From a virus (taxonomy: Duplodnaviria > Caudoviricetes), in IMG/VR virus record IMGVR_UViG_3300017908_000183, positions 1-39,461 of that record: 39,461 bases of DNA, one strand, 5' to 3'. Below are positions 15,863-26,000 of the stretch, piece after piece. A model generated the notes under the pieces. It ran no database searches. It was given only the letters and a program-made list of their open reading frames with translations, and had not been told where the DNA came from. A program made the position numbers and the translations under genes. Each line of letters starts with the position of its first letter. Within the stretch, counting starts at the first letter, position 1.

Positions 15863-15914
15863 TACAAATATAATAAAAAAATTTGACACTAGAAAATGTT
15901 TTTGCAACTATTTT
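15863..15914 (-). promoter_or_regulatory. 52-bp early-type promoter, copy 3
   Basis: AAAATAGTTG...TGTCA-N11-TATATTTGTA; tandem with copy 2. Confidence 0.7.
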
Positions 15915-15933
15915 GCAAAAAGTTATTAACAAT

Positions 15934-16452
15934 TTAGAAATCTTCGAATATACTTACTACTTTAGAGAGCTCTTGTGGTCTGTGGCTCCATAGATCTGTA
16001 GAGACATTAATAATTCTCTTCTTTGGATCTGATTTAAAAGATTTAGCAGGATAGCCAATGATAGAAAACCATTTCTTAGTTTTACCAGGCCATGCTCCTA
16101 GTGGATAATATGATAGTGAAACTTTGTTGACATTATCTGTTTCAATACACTTTATGATTTTACACCCAGGTCTAAGCATGTTCTTGCTATCTAACATTTC
16201 GATTGCTTCATCATGTTCACCTAGACAAAAGTGAATTTTACCATTTAGTCTTAACATTGCGTCTTGAGCAGTCTTAGGGTCATGTGCAAAATTACCTAGA
16301 TGATAAACTGTATCGTCTTTAGTTACAACAGTATTCCAGTTGTTAATTAAAGCATCTGTCATATCATCTACATGCTCAAAATCTCTACCATACTTTTTTA
16401 TTGCGCCAGGTCTACCTAACTGTAGATTTGACGTCACATATACTTTACCCAT
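15934..16452 (-). CDS. Calcineurin-like metallophosphoesterase fold protein with degenerate metal ligands
   Basis: YVTSNLQLG, MTDALINNWNTVVTKDDTVYHLGNF, LGEHD, SYYP, INVSTDLW match the family layout, but the ligands are substituted. Confidence 0.75.
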   Translation of the reverse strand: MGKVYVTSNLQLGRPGAIKKYGRDFEHVDDMTDALINNWNTVVTKDDTVYHLGNFAHDPKTAQDAMLRLNGKIHFCLGEHDEAIEMLDSKNMLRPGCKIIKCIETDNVNKVSLSYYPLGAWPGKTKKWFSIIGYPAKSFKSDPKKRIINVSTDLWSHRPQELSKVVSIFEDF

Positions 16453-16453
16453 A

Positions 16454-16990
16454 TTAAGCTACTATAAATTTGATGTTGTAATTATCCCAAAGCTCTTTAC
16501 AAACAGCTTGTTCGTTTACACCACCTTGTGCATTTTGAATTCTTTTATCTTCAGAAGTGTCAATAAAAAGATAGAGGACAAAATCATAATGTGTCGCATA
16601 AATTATAGACTGGCCGATACCAGCTCTAAGATCTGTGCCTCTTGAACCCTTCTTAAATTCAATTGCAATTTTAATATCATTCATTTCTACTACCATGTCA
16701 GGTCTATTTCTAGTACCCATAAAAAGAATGTGATTAACGGTAGTATTTACATCACCTTCCCATTTTACAGAAGACTTTACAGCCTCCTTAGCTTTTTCTT
16801 TATCCTCTTCACCACCTTCTAATACATAATTAGTTAGGTCTTTAATTAGGTGTGGATAAATGAATTGCTTGATCTGATCTTCTGACTTTTTCTTATAGTT
16901 CAGAGTTCCAAAAATATCATCGTGTGTAATACTTTCAGAAATAAGATCTAAAAAATCTATTCTCTTCTGAGATTTACTTGCTTGCTTCAT
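16454..16990 (-). CDS. Putative PD-(D/E)XK nuclease-fold protein
   Basis: RPDMVV...IAIEFKK and GIGQSIIY motifs. Confidence 0.55.
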   Translation of the reverse strand: MKQASKSQKRIDFLDLISESITHDDIFGTLNYKKKSEDQIKQFIYPHLIKDLTNYVLEGGEEDKEKAKEAVKSSVKWEGDVNTTVNHILFMGTRNRPDMVVEMNDIKIAIEFKKGSRGTDLRAGIGQSIIYATHYDFVLYLFIDTSEDKRIQNAQGGVNEQAVCKELWDNYNIKFIVA

Positions 16991-17483
16991 CTGCGACTGG
17001 TTCTAATTCCGCTTCCACCTCTTCAGCTGAATTTATCTGAGTTTCTAATTCTGCAATTTCTTGGTGCATTTCAGAAATCTCTTTGTTCATTTCAGCTAAT
17101 TGGGCCATAGCATTAGATACAGTCTCGCCAACATGCGTTAACATTGTGATGAATTTTCTAGCAGGTTCAATACCTTGGCCTTCTACATTTAGAAGTGCTT
17201 GGTAAAGAGCATTCAATTCATGACCTCTTAGGGAAATGATTGTATCTTCACTATCGGAACTTAGTAATTCTTTATTTTGTTTTTTAAGCTGGTCATAAAG
17301 TGAAACAATAACTGCAGCGTTATTAGTTTTCCATGTGTAACCCTTGTTTAAGTGGTCCATCAAAGTCTTAACCATCTTTCGGTCATCAAACTGAATATCA
17401 AAGGTTTTTGCCGCAGCATCTGTCTGCATTTGGTCAACCTTTTTAGTTAGTTGTTCTTTTTGATCTGTTAGAGTCTTGCTCAT
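16974..17483 (-). CDS. Hypothetical coiled-coil protein
   Basis: 169 aa with heptad-rich termini. Confidence 0.7.
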   Translation of the reverse strand: MSKTLTDQKEQLTKKVDQMQTDAAAKTFDIQFDDRKMVKTLMDHLNKGYTWKTNNAAVIVSLYDQLKKQNKELLSSDSEDTIISLRGHELNALYQALLNVEGQGIEPARKFITMLTHVGETVSNAMAQLAEMNKEISEMHQEIAELETQINSAEEVEAELEPVADEASK

Positions 17484-17519
17484 ATTGTTTAATTTTAGTG
17501 TGTTTAATATATATTCTCC

Positions 17520-17996
17520 TTAAAAGTCATCATTTTTGACATGTAAATCATAGTCTCTGAAACCAGCAAACTGTTCTTCATCAGTCTGCATTCTTCTATA
17601 AATAGAATCATTTGGATCGTTTCTATCATTTAATCTCTCAAGTCTAGTAACTCTCGAAGGATCTAGATAAATTACCATACATCTATCTCTGTAATCCTTA
17701 GGTAAAACATCTAAACCATCTTTTGACATTATCATAACATCAGCTTGCTCAAATTCTTCTTTTGTCAAACCATAGTACCAGTCGTTAAATACCATGTGTT
17801 CTAACATTGAACCTTCTTCAAGTTTTGATTTAAACTGTTCTTCAGTCATAAAATGATAATCCACACCATCTTCCTCATTGTGACGTGGGGGTCTAGTTGT
17901 GCAACTAATACCCGGCTTAAATTTTCTACTGTTTAGTAATCTGTTCTTTAAAAAATCTTTGCCTGCGGCTGCTTTTCCTACTAGGATTAACTTCAT
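17520..17996 (-). CDS. gmk: Guanylate kinase
   Basis: GKAAAGKD P-loop, TTRPPRHNEEDGVDYHF, WYYG. Confidence 0.9.
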   Translation of the reverse strand: MKLILVGKAAAGKDFLKNRLLNSRKFKPGISCTTRPPRHNEEDGVDYHFMTEEQFKSKLEEGSMLEHMVFNDWYYGLTKEEFEQADVMIMSKDGLDVLPKDYRDRCMVIYLDPSRVTRLERLNDRNDPNDSIYRRMQTDEEQFAGFRDYDLHVKNDDF

Positions 17997-18001
17997 AGTT
18001 C

Positions 18002-18265
18002 TTATACTCGTTCTTTCTTTTTTGTTTTGACTTTGGTTGGTCTTTTTCTTTTCTTAGGAGTTGTATCTGGGAATCTGCTAAAATCACCCATACCATCGTA
18101 ATCCACTTGATCTGGCATACCATGTCTGGAGTAATAATTTCTCATCTCTGGATCTTGCATAAACTCGTCCCTCTGAGATGTGTGGCCCCAATGAATTGCT
18201 CTAAGTAGTGCATAAAGATACACCACGAAAATACAAAGACCAACAATAAACATTGTAGTTGTCAT
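18002..18265 (-). CDS. Hypothetical membrane protein with basic tail
   Basis: N-terminal TM helix; TAATG coupling. Confidence 0.65.
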   Translation of the reverse strand: MTTTMFIVGLCIFVVYLYALLRAIHWGHTSQRDEFMQDPEMRNYYSRHGMPDQVDYDGMGDFSRFPDTTPKKRKRPTKVKTKKKERV

Positions 18266-18504
18266 TATTTTGCGTTTTTAAATTTCTTTCTTCTCATAGC
18301 GTCCCTGGCCGCTAGTGATCTGTAGTAGTCATTTCTTCTCTGACGAATTGCTACAGAAAGAGCTAAAATTGATGGTACCCAAATACCAACAAAGATGCCT
18401 TCTAATTGATACCCTGAAAACCATAGTCCTACTGAATATAGGAATGATAAAAATGATAGTACCACAGGGTAATATAACCAAAAATATAGTTTAAGCTTTT
18501 TCAT
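18265..18504 (-). CDS. Hypothetical two-TM membrane protein
   Basis: GIFVGIWVPSIL hydrophobic motif. Confidence 0.65.
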   Translation of the reverse strand: MKKLKLYFWLYYPVVLSFLSFLYSVGLWFSGYQLEGIFVGIWVPSILALSVAIRQRRNDYYRSLAARDAMRRKKFKNAK

Positions 18505-18625
18505 ATTTGTTTTTTATTGATTTTACGATTAGTGCTGCTATCATTATCATAGCAGTCATGTTAATTGCATTGGGGTGCCAGTGTTCTCCACAAAAACCTA
18601 ATGCATGATAGATAAATTCACTCAT
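18491..18625 (-). CDS. Small hypothetical protein (44 aa; not in track)
   Basis: MSEFIYHALGFCGEHWHPNAINMTAMIMIAALIVKSIKNKYEKA*; fills the gap, ATGA overlap with the upstream gene. Confidence 0.5.
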   Translation of the reverse strand: MSEFIYHALGFCGEHWHPNAINMTAMIMIAALIVKSIKNKYEKA

Positions 18626-19245
18626 TTTTGTTTAATTTGATGTGTTCTTAAGTCTCTTATGACGTCTTTTCGAACTGTTTCTAAATACTTTTTTCTTTTG
18701 GCAGTAGATACGAATGGTACTGCCCAGAATTGTTTGGTCTTAAACCATAACGACCATCTCCAACCGAAGACAAATGTAAATACTCCCATTACTAATCTTA
18801 GTTTAGGAGAGTTCAAATAAAGCGTTCTAACGGGCAGAGAAGGTGCACCATGTGTTATATAGGTTCTTACCTTCTTGTCGCTTAGAAACGGCCTGGGATA
18901 CGCGTACGGACCTATAACAGGTACGAATTGATATGCATAGCCTGGCGTTAGCACTTCATCGAAGAATATCTCCATTCTTGGTGTTAATCTAAACCACCAA
19001 ACTGGTGAAACGAAATAAATTCTATCTGCCCAATCAACTAATTCTTTATATTTTTTCATTAGTTCTTCTCTGGGTCTAACGAATTTATCTCTGTATAGAT
19101 CGATAACTTCTATTTCATTTAGATAACCCTTTTCTTCTAGTAGAGTTTTCTTGATGGTTTTAAATATACCATTGTAACAGAAAGATTTCTCATCAGGATG
19201 TCCGATGACAATTAGGTTCTGCATTCTTTCTTTCTTCTTGGCCAT
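18622..19245 (-). CDS. Flavodoxin-fold NAD(P)H-dependent oxidoreductase
   Basis: GHPDEKSF, IDLY, WADRIYFVSPVWW, FFDEVLTPGYAY. Confidence 0.85.
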   Translation of the reverse strand: MAKKKERMQNLIVIGHPDEKSFCYNGIFKTIKKTLLEEKGYLNEIEVIDLYRDKFVRPREELMKKYKELVDWADRIYFVSPVWWFRLTPRMEIFFDEVLTPGYAYQFVPVIGPYAYPRPFLSDKKVRTYITHGAPSLPVRTLYLNSPKLRLVMGVFTFVFGWRWSLWFKTKQFWAVPFVSTAKRKKYLETVRKDVIRDLRTHQIKQK

Positions 19246-19353
19246 TATTTCTTTTTTACTGGGTTTTCATTTTCGTCATATTCTGGTGCATTGATTAATT
19301 CGTACATAATCCATACCCAACATAAAACTAATATAGCAAGTGTTATTTTCATC

Positions 19354-19779
19354 TTATTTCTTTTTGAGTAGCCAACTACTCGATTGAATTTTGTCACCTA
19401 GGCCGTCGACGAGTTCAACGCCTAATTCTCTACAGATAACTGCTTCTGGAATTGTAGTATTATCTTGGTCTCCGCCGTTTGCAAACATAAATTTACGATG
19501 GTGTGTTCTATTTCCGGTTACTAATTTTGCAATAGACTTAATTACTGTTCTATCTTCATCTATTGACAGTATTGCTTTGTCAACTACTCTAAGTGATTTT
19601 ACAATCTTCAATCTCTCATCTTGGTCTTGAAATGCAGCAGAACCTTTTAGTTCTCTCTGTAGATCTGAGTTAACGATAACCCATAGTTTATCACCTTGTG
19701 ATTTTGCATTCTCAAAATACTCAATGTGACCTTTATGAATTGGATTAAAATAACCGCTAACTATTACTACTCTCTGCAT
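19354..19779 (-). CDS. Cytidylyltransferase family protein
   Basis: SGYFNPIHKGH, FANGGD, KIQSSSW. Confidence 0.85.
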   Translation of the reverse strand: MQRVVIVSGYFNPIHKGHIEYFENAKSQGDKLWVIVNSDLQRELKGSAAFQDQDERLKIVKSLRVVDKAILSIDEDRTVIKSIAKLVTGNRTHHRKFMFANGGDQDNTTIPEAVICRELGVELVDGLGDKIQSSSWLLKKK

Positions 19780-20156
19780 TAAAGTTTTTTGAGTTGTTTT
19801 AAGTCTTGTTTACTGAAGGAACCAATCTTTGAATTGACCCATAGAAAAACTGTATCGTTAACAAACGAAAATTTATCTAGGTCGTATCTGTCTGTTTTGA
19901 TATTACCTTCAGACCTTTTCATTACTTTGCTTATATTGTTGACAAATTGTTTAAACTCTTTATCTGTCAATTCCAATTTACCTTTTGTTTGAACAAACAT
20001 TCCATTTTCATCAAAATAGACTGGGTCGTTCTCATCGTCAAAAGTAATAATATACTTATTGTCTTCTAATGTTATTCTTGTGTTTCCTTTTTCATTTTCA
20101 AATACAGTCTGACTAAACATACTTACTGAAAACAAAAGTGCTAATAGAAATTTCAT
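19779..20156 (-). CDS. Hypothetical secreted protein
   Basis: MKFLLALLFSVSMFS|Q signal peptide. Confidence 0.65.
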   Translation of the reverse strand: MKFLLALLFSVSMFSQTVFENEKGNTRITLEDNKYIITFDDENDPVYFDENGMFVQTKGKLELTDKEFKQFVNNISKVMKRSEGNIKTDRYDLDKFSFVNDTVFLWVNSKIGSFSKQDLKQLKKL

Positions 20157-20306
20157 AAAAATTTATTAAATTCTGTTATTTCCTTTTTACGAGCTTTTTC
20201 TAATTTGTTTGCATGATATTCTTTGGCATATTGTTCCATAATACTACTCAACATTGTGTGATGTGAGAAAGCATCAGAATAGACGTGCATTTCAGGCCAT
20301 TCGTTT

Positions 20307-21146
20307 TTATTTAACCATTCTGCCGCTGTCATACAAATAATCTGCTAGTTCATCTCTACTCGTTGGTACGTTATCCCACTTTGGGTCGTACCAGAATGTT
20401 CTACCATTTCTATCCTTTCTCTTTGACATAGTTGGATTACCATAGCAAAGCATAAACTTCTCAGTAATTGCATTATCACCAAATGGATTATCCCAATCTT
20501 TGATTGCACCGCCACCTTTTGCATAGGCTAGAAGCGGAATGTCTCTACATAGGTCTAATAGTTTTGGATATTTAGCGAATTGCATTCCTGCTGGAAGAAA
20601 TGGGTCAACATCACCTGCTCTATAAATTATCTCTGCTCTTAGATAGTTACCAATACCATTAAAGTATTTTTGGTCCATCAGCATTTCATAGAGTGGTTTC
20701 TTCAGTTTTGTCAGGTTAGTCATAACATTAGTCCAGAACTCATCGTATTCTGTCGTTGGATCTGGTCCTCTCTTCTTATTCCAATCTTGAGCTACTTTCC
20801 ATTTACCAAAACGTCTAACATCTACAAAACATAATGTAGTACCATCTGATCTGTAGAAAAATAGGTGAGTGTGTTTTGGCTCTTGGCCAGTATTTGTAAC
20901 TTTGAAATGACCAGTCATACCCATCGTAAATTGAATAGGCATTGATACCTGGTTTCTTTCCATAGTAAGAATCATCTCTTTACCTCTAGATTCTGAAGTA
21001 ATAGTAAATTCTTGATTGTTGAAATACTCTTGGTCAATATCTTCACACTTATGAATGGGGTTCTTTTTAACTCCAATATAAGTCATACCTTCCGATACTT
21101 GATTGACGTAGTCTGATGTGAATTTGAGTTCCGCTAACTCTGGCAT
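20307..21146 (-). CDS. Fpg/Nei family DNA glycosylase, NEIL1-like (zincless finger)
   Basis: MPELAE catalytic N-terminus, RGKE, FVDVRRFGKW, DQKYFNGIGNYLRAEIIYR (H2TH), DRNGRTFWY; no C4 zinc finger. Confidence 0.9.
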   Translation of the reverse strand: MPELAELKFTSDYVNQVSEGMTYIGVKKNPIHKCEDIDQEYFNNQEFTITSESRGKEMILTMERNQVSMPIQFTMGMTGHFKVTNTGQEPKHTHLFFYRSDGTTLCFVDVRRFGKWKVAQDWNKKRGPDPTTEYDEFWTNVMTNLTKLKKPLYEMLMDQKYFNGIGNYLRAEIIYRAGDVDPFLPAGMQFAKYPKLLDLCRDIPLLAYAKGGGAIKDWDNPFGDNAITEKFMLCYGNPTMSKRKDRNGRTFWYDPKWDNVPTSRDELADYLYDSGRMVK

Positions 21147-21162
21147 AATAACTGATTTAGTT

Positions 21163-21191
21163 GTTATAGTTAACTTTCCTCAGTTGTTTCA
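21163..21191 (-). promoter_or_regulatory. AAAC-N17-TATAAY promoter
   Basis: TGAAAC-17 nt-TATAAC upstream of the glycosylase. Confidence 0.65.
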
Positions 21192-21242
21192 TACAAATTC
21201 CAAGAGTCTTCCCAATAGATGTGGTCGTTGTTTACTCGCGGC

Positions 21243-21500
21243 TTAACGTAGTTCATAAGTCAATTCTGCTTCTGGGTCTTTGATAACTTTTACGACTTGA
21301 GGTACAGGCGCATCATGAATTGATAGGACATGCAGTAGACGTCCGAACGCGCCTGCCCTACATAAACCTTCAACTCCCTGACTGATGTCGCCAGGAACCC
21401 TTAAAATGGGTGTGATGTGCATCCACTCAAAACCTTCATCACTCATTTGTGAGTAGTCTAAAATTAGTGGATCGCTAGAAATTATATTCTCCATATTCAT
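21243..21500 (-). CDS. Hypothetical protein (start uncertain)
   Basis: ORF track; the true start may be an internal Met. Confidence 0.45.
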   Translation of the reverse strand: MNMENIISSDPLILDYSQMSDEGFEWMHITPILRVPGDISQGVEGLCRAGAFGRLLHVLSIHDAPVPQVVKVIKDPEAELTYELR

Positions 21501-21639
21501 CTAAGTCGTCGATTGACTTAATTTCTTTGTAATTAAACTTTTGTTCTTTACTGCGAGCTTTCTTCTTTTTAAACTGCAGTTTCTTTCGCCGATTGGCTTC
21601 GGCGTCTTGGGCCTCTTCAGGCTTGCTCGACTTTTTCAT
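21475..21639 (-). CDS. Small basic hypothetical protein (54 aa; not in track)
   Basis: MKKSSKPEEAQDAEANRRKKLQFKKKKARSKEQKFNYKEIKSIDDLDEYGEYNF*. Confidence 0.5.
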   Translation of the reverse strand: MKKSSKPEEAQDAEANRRKKLQFKKKKARSKEQKFNYKEIKSIDDLDEYGEYNF

Positions 21640-21653
21640 TAAAATTATGATTA

Positions 21654-21905
21654 TTAATTATCCGAGGGAGGGGTAAATTTAGTGTCTGGATATTCCCAGT
21701 TGTCTTGCATTGCTCCGCTACCTGATGTGGCAGTACCACAATATGGTCCTGGATTGCCAGTCCAGTTAGGCTCGGAAAAGAAGACTCCTGGCGAGTAAGG
21801 GTAGTATGTAGTATCTTTCTTCTCTTCATTGAGAAGTACAACTGCTTCTTCTGCAGTAATTTGTTTTTTATCTAAAAGTCTTTGTACGATACTTGCTCGT
21901 GTCAT
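21654..21905 (-). CDS. Hypothetical protein
   Basis: 83-aa ORF co-oriented with neighbours. Confidence 0.6.
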   Translation of the reverse strand: MTRASIVQRLLDKKQITAEEAVVLLNEEKKDTTYYPYSPGVFFSEPNWTGNPGPYCGTATSGSGAMQDNWEYPDTKFTPPSDN

Positions 21906-21925
21906 AATTTAAGTGTGTTTATTAC

Positions 21926-22231
21926 TTATACTTCAGTTTTCTCAATTTGTTCCATGATAGCTGTGATTTCTTCTCTAGTTTTCCAACCAATCACGTCATC
22001 CGTTACATTCGGAATAATCTTCTCGGTTGCAAAATTATCATCACCATCCAAGATTGCTATCTCAAAAGCTGAGTATTTGTCGGCTTCGTTAAGTGCTATT
22101 TTAGGAGTACAGTAGAAATACTCACCTGCTACTACTGATAAAGTAAAACCATTATCAAATTTATGTTGTGCTGCCCAGCCCTTGTATGTGCTAGGATGTC
22201 TCTTAAATTCTAAATCGTTAAATGTCGCCAT
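21926..22231 (-). CDS. Hypothetical phage protein
   Basis: FDNGFTLSVV...FEIAIL...DDVIGW pattern typical of small phage proteins. Confidence 0.65.
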   Translation of the reverse strand: MATFNDLEFKRHPSTYKGWAAQHKFDNGFTLSVVAGEYFYCTPKIALNEADKYSAFEIAILDGDDNFATEKIIPNVTDDVIGWKTREEITAIMEQIEKTEV

Positions 22232-22409
22232 CTTCTTCTGTTAAAAAAGTTAGTATTAAGTATAAGATTAGAGCTGGAACATACGGCGTAAAGAATAAAA
22301 TTAACGCTGCAAATCTCCATAATACTGGATCTGTGTTAGTGTATTCTGCTAATCCACCACAAATACCAAATAGTTTTCTACGTTTTGTACTTCTTCTAAA
22401 TAGTTTCAT
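22218..22409 (-). CDS. PspC domain protein
   Basis: MKLFRRSTKRRKLFGICGGLAEYTNTDPVLWR...LYLILTF; start at 22409. Confidence 0.8.
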   Translation of the reverse strand: MKLFRRSTKRRKLFGICGGLAEYTNTDPVLWRFAALILFFTPYVPALILYLILTFLTEEDGDI

Positions 22410-22517
22410 ATTACTGGTTATTAAGATAGACAATCATTGCTACTATTGAACATAACACTAAAAGTGCTTTGCCTATCATATCCATGTCTTTTTCTGTTAG
22501 TTTCATATTCTTTATTG

Positions 22518-22591
22518 AGCCTTTAGAGGGACTCGAACCCACGACCTGCTGATTACAAATCAGCTGCTCTAGCCAACTGAGCTATAAAGGC
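22518..22591 (-). tRNA. tRNA-Thr(UGU)
   Basis: GCTGA-TT-TGT-AA-TCAGC. Confidence 0.93.
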
Positions 22592-22595
22592 TTTT

Positions 22596-22681
<86 letters not shown>

Positions 22682-22793
22682 TGTTTTTTACAGTAATGGT
22701 CCTGCACTACCTGAATGTTCTGCAGCCTTCATCCTCTGTTCTTCAATCCATACCCAATAGGCATGCCATTTCTTAATTCTCCTCCAAATTTTT

Positions 22794-23048
22794 TTAATCA
22801 AATCCAGTTGGGTGATTAATTTTTTCGTTTTCATGTACTTTGTCATACTCATATTTGCCTTTGATGAATTCATTTAACGCCCTTCCTTGGCTTTCAGCTT
22901 TATTAAAAGACTCGAAATCATCGCGACTAACATCGTGATATATGTAGGTTGCATGGTTAAAATGTACCGTTAAAGTTTTATGTTTATAGTTATATGCAGC
23001 ACCGGTTAGGGTTGAACTGTCATATTGACAAATGGTTGATGTAATCAT
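22794..23048 (-). CDS. KTSC domain protein
   Basis: SSTLTGAAYN...LTVHF...YIYHDV...FNKAESQGRALNEFIKGKY. Confidence 0.85.
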   Translation of the reverse strand: MITSTICQYDSSTLTGAAYNYKHKTLTVHFNHATYIYHDVSRDDFESFNKAESQGRALNEFIKGKYEYDKVHENEKINHPTGFD

Positions 23049-23064
23049 AAAGTCTAATTTATGA

Positions 23065-23092
23065 ATTATACCATGCTACTAAAAATAGTTTC
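23065..23092 (-). promoter_or_regulatory. AAAC-N17-TATAAY promoter
   Basis: GAAAC-17 nt-TATAAT upstream of the KTSC gene. Confidence 0.6.
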
Positions 23093-26000
23093 TTAACTTA
23101 CTAAGTCGTCTAGGTCTTTAATCTTGATTCCCTTAGAAGTAAGTGTTCTTCTCAGAGTTTCAATTGCACTTACGACCGCAGCTGAATTTCCACCACCGCC
23201 CATGCCGGTTACACCACCGACGAAGTTTCCAATAGATGTTCCAATTGTACCTGCTGCTTCTTCAATAAAGTTACCTTGTGCAGCAGTACCAGTTTCTACT
23301 GTAGTTCTAAATGTCTCAATCATTGCAGTTAAGTTTTCTAGTGCAGTCGATAGAGATTCACCCATTGCTTCTAGAATATCTTCTGGAGATTCACCACCTT
23401 CAGCTAGAACTGCAAGAGCTTCGAACATCTGTCTAGTTTCAGTTAACTTAGCCAGATCCATCGCGTTGATGCCTTCAGCAATTGTTGGGAATGCTGTAGC
23501 AGTTGCGCCCATGTTAGCACCGATTGCATTCCAAAGTTCAGTTTGAGCTTCGTAACCTGCAATTGGTCTTAACATACCGACTCTTCCAATAAATAGACCT
23601 TTAAATCTATCGAATGCTTCTGGTTCTACACCACTAATTGCCGAAGTAATTTTAGGTACAGCACCACCTAATTTCTCATAAGAATCACCGATTGCAATGA
23701 ATAACTCTTTTCTTGAGTTCATCATTTCAACATCAGACATCTTACCACCATAAATAGCAGTAAATGCATCTAGTTGTTCTGCTTGAACTGTATTAATAGA
23801 ACCAACAATTAGAGGAATAGCAAACGCCATTCTCATATAAGACATTGTTAGTCCCTTTAAGTAATTAGTTTTTGATTCAAATAATTCAGCTGGAGATTCA
23901 CCGCCAAAGATAGCAGCAAATGCTTTTGCTTTATCTACAGTAAATGATGCGATTGCAGATACGATAGCTGGAATTGCAGTACCTAATTTCTCATAGGTTG
24001 CTCCTATCATACCAATCAACATAGTCTTACCAGCGATTAGAGCAGAGTCTGAACCACCAGCGTCTGTGATTGAAGAAATCATTGCAGTAACCTTTGCTTT
24101 AACTTCTTCTGCATCACCAACAGAACTTGTAATCTTAGTTACATCTTCTACCGCATCAGCTAAAGCAGAGTAAGGATCTGCTAATTGTAGTGCAACTTCA
24201 ATACCTTTCTCAAAGTTAGACTTACTAAACCATCCACCACCTTTAGCAGCATCTGATTTACCTACTTGTTCAAATACACCAGCTAAACCAATAATGATAG
24301 CTTTTGTATTCTTAGTTAATTTTTTAACTAACGAACCTACATTACCAATAGATTTAAAGCCAGTTGGATTACCATCTTTATCATAACCTGTTGGGAACTT
24401 TAAGTTCGCCATATTCTGTACTCCATTTGCTAAGTTATATAGGGGTTCACCCATTTTCTTAACAACTTTAATACCTTTTTCATAAGACGATGAAGTAAAC
24501 CATGTACTACCCTGAGCAGCATCTGATTCTCCTACTTCTGCAAATGTCTTACTTAGACCTGTAACAATTAATTGTGTATTAGCAATCAATGCAGGAACTG
24601 CGGTTGTTAGATTGATAGTCTCATATCCTGTTGGATTACCGTCTTTATCATAACCGGTTGGGAACTTTAGTTCCGCCATTGCTTGAACACCTTTTGCAAT
24701 ACCTTTTAGTGCTCTACCCATACCACTTACAGCAGAGATACCCTGAGCTACAACTGAAGTATCAGAGCCAGAACCAAATAGTGCTGACATAATACCACCA
24801 CCTCCACCTGGATATTTCTGACCTACTTTAGCGAATGTATCAGCTAGACCACTTACAATGTAGTCCATATTCTCTGATAGTTTTGGTAGATCTGCTTCTG
24901 CAACAACCTCTTTAAATACTCTTAAACCTTTTGCAATACCAATTAGAGCTGCTGAAGCTAAGATTAATGTTGGTGCACCAGCTAGAATACCTGCGATTGA
25001 TATAGGTCCTAATGCTAAACCAGCTGCAATGGCTTCCATTGCAATCTCAAAGTTAGTCTTCTTACGACCAGCACCAAAACCTAAGAAACCTTCACTAACT
25101 TCACCAGACCAATCAAATGCTTTCGAACCTTTACCATTGGCTAAAGCACCTAGTGCTTTAAAGTCGACGGATGCAATTGCTTTTAAACCTAAGCCTATTA
25201 CAACTAGAGCACCACCAGCTAGAACCATTGCTGCAGCACCTGGAATAATAAACATCGCTGCTGCACCAGCACCTGCCATAGCAAGTCCTAGACCAACTAC
25301 GATAGCACCTACTTGGCCAATGAACTCCCAACCTCCTGTTTCAAGGGGTTTCGAAATCATCTGTAAACCAAGTCCAATTACAACTAGAGATAAACCTGCG
25401 AATATCATCGCTAAAGCACCACCAACAATATATGATTTCAGTAGACCAGCAAGACCAAACACTAGAGCTACACCACCGACTACCGCTGCAATCTGTAAAG
25501 TTCTCTCCATTGGTGGAATTAAAATATCAGCTAGTGCTAATGCTGTTGCTAATGTAACTATGGATAATGAAACCAGCATTAGAGTAAATGCCATGTTTCG
25601 CATAGATTTATCGATACCTAATTTATCTAATAAGAAGAATGTTAGACCAATACCTGCAATAACTGCCATGGCAACCATAAGTCCTTTTAATACTGGCATC
25701 GCTACGACTGATAATAGTGCTAGAGTACCACCTAATAGAAGTAGACCCATACCTAATGATTTAATAGAATCACCGAAGTCTTCCATTCTCTTAGGATCTG
25801 CACCAATCATATCTAAGATTTTAAATACACCTGCAATACCTACTAAGATAACTGTAGTTGCTAATAGACCAACTAGAGCTGGAATAGCTAACAGAGCTAC
25901 TAGAGCTAATGAACCTGCTAATTTAAGTATTGACATACCTACATCACCAAGTAACACTAATTTCTTCATTCGTTCCTCATCTAAGCCTTCAGTTGCATAC

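Noticed and set aside
5633-21146. Bacterial chromosome flanking a prophage
   Set aside because: Metabolic genes are interleaved with phage-type small ORFs and share promoter motifs with the structural and replication region; no integrase or att site seen.
24360-24680. ~50-bp direct repeat as a CRISPR or DGR element
   Set aside because: Only two copies, in frame, with mostly synonymous differences; it is a protein repeat of the tape measure.
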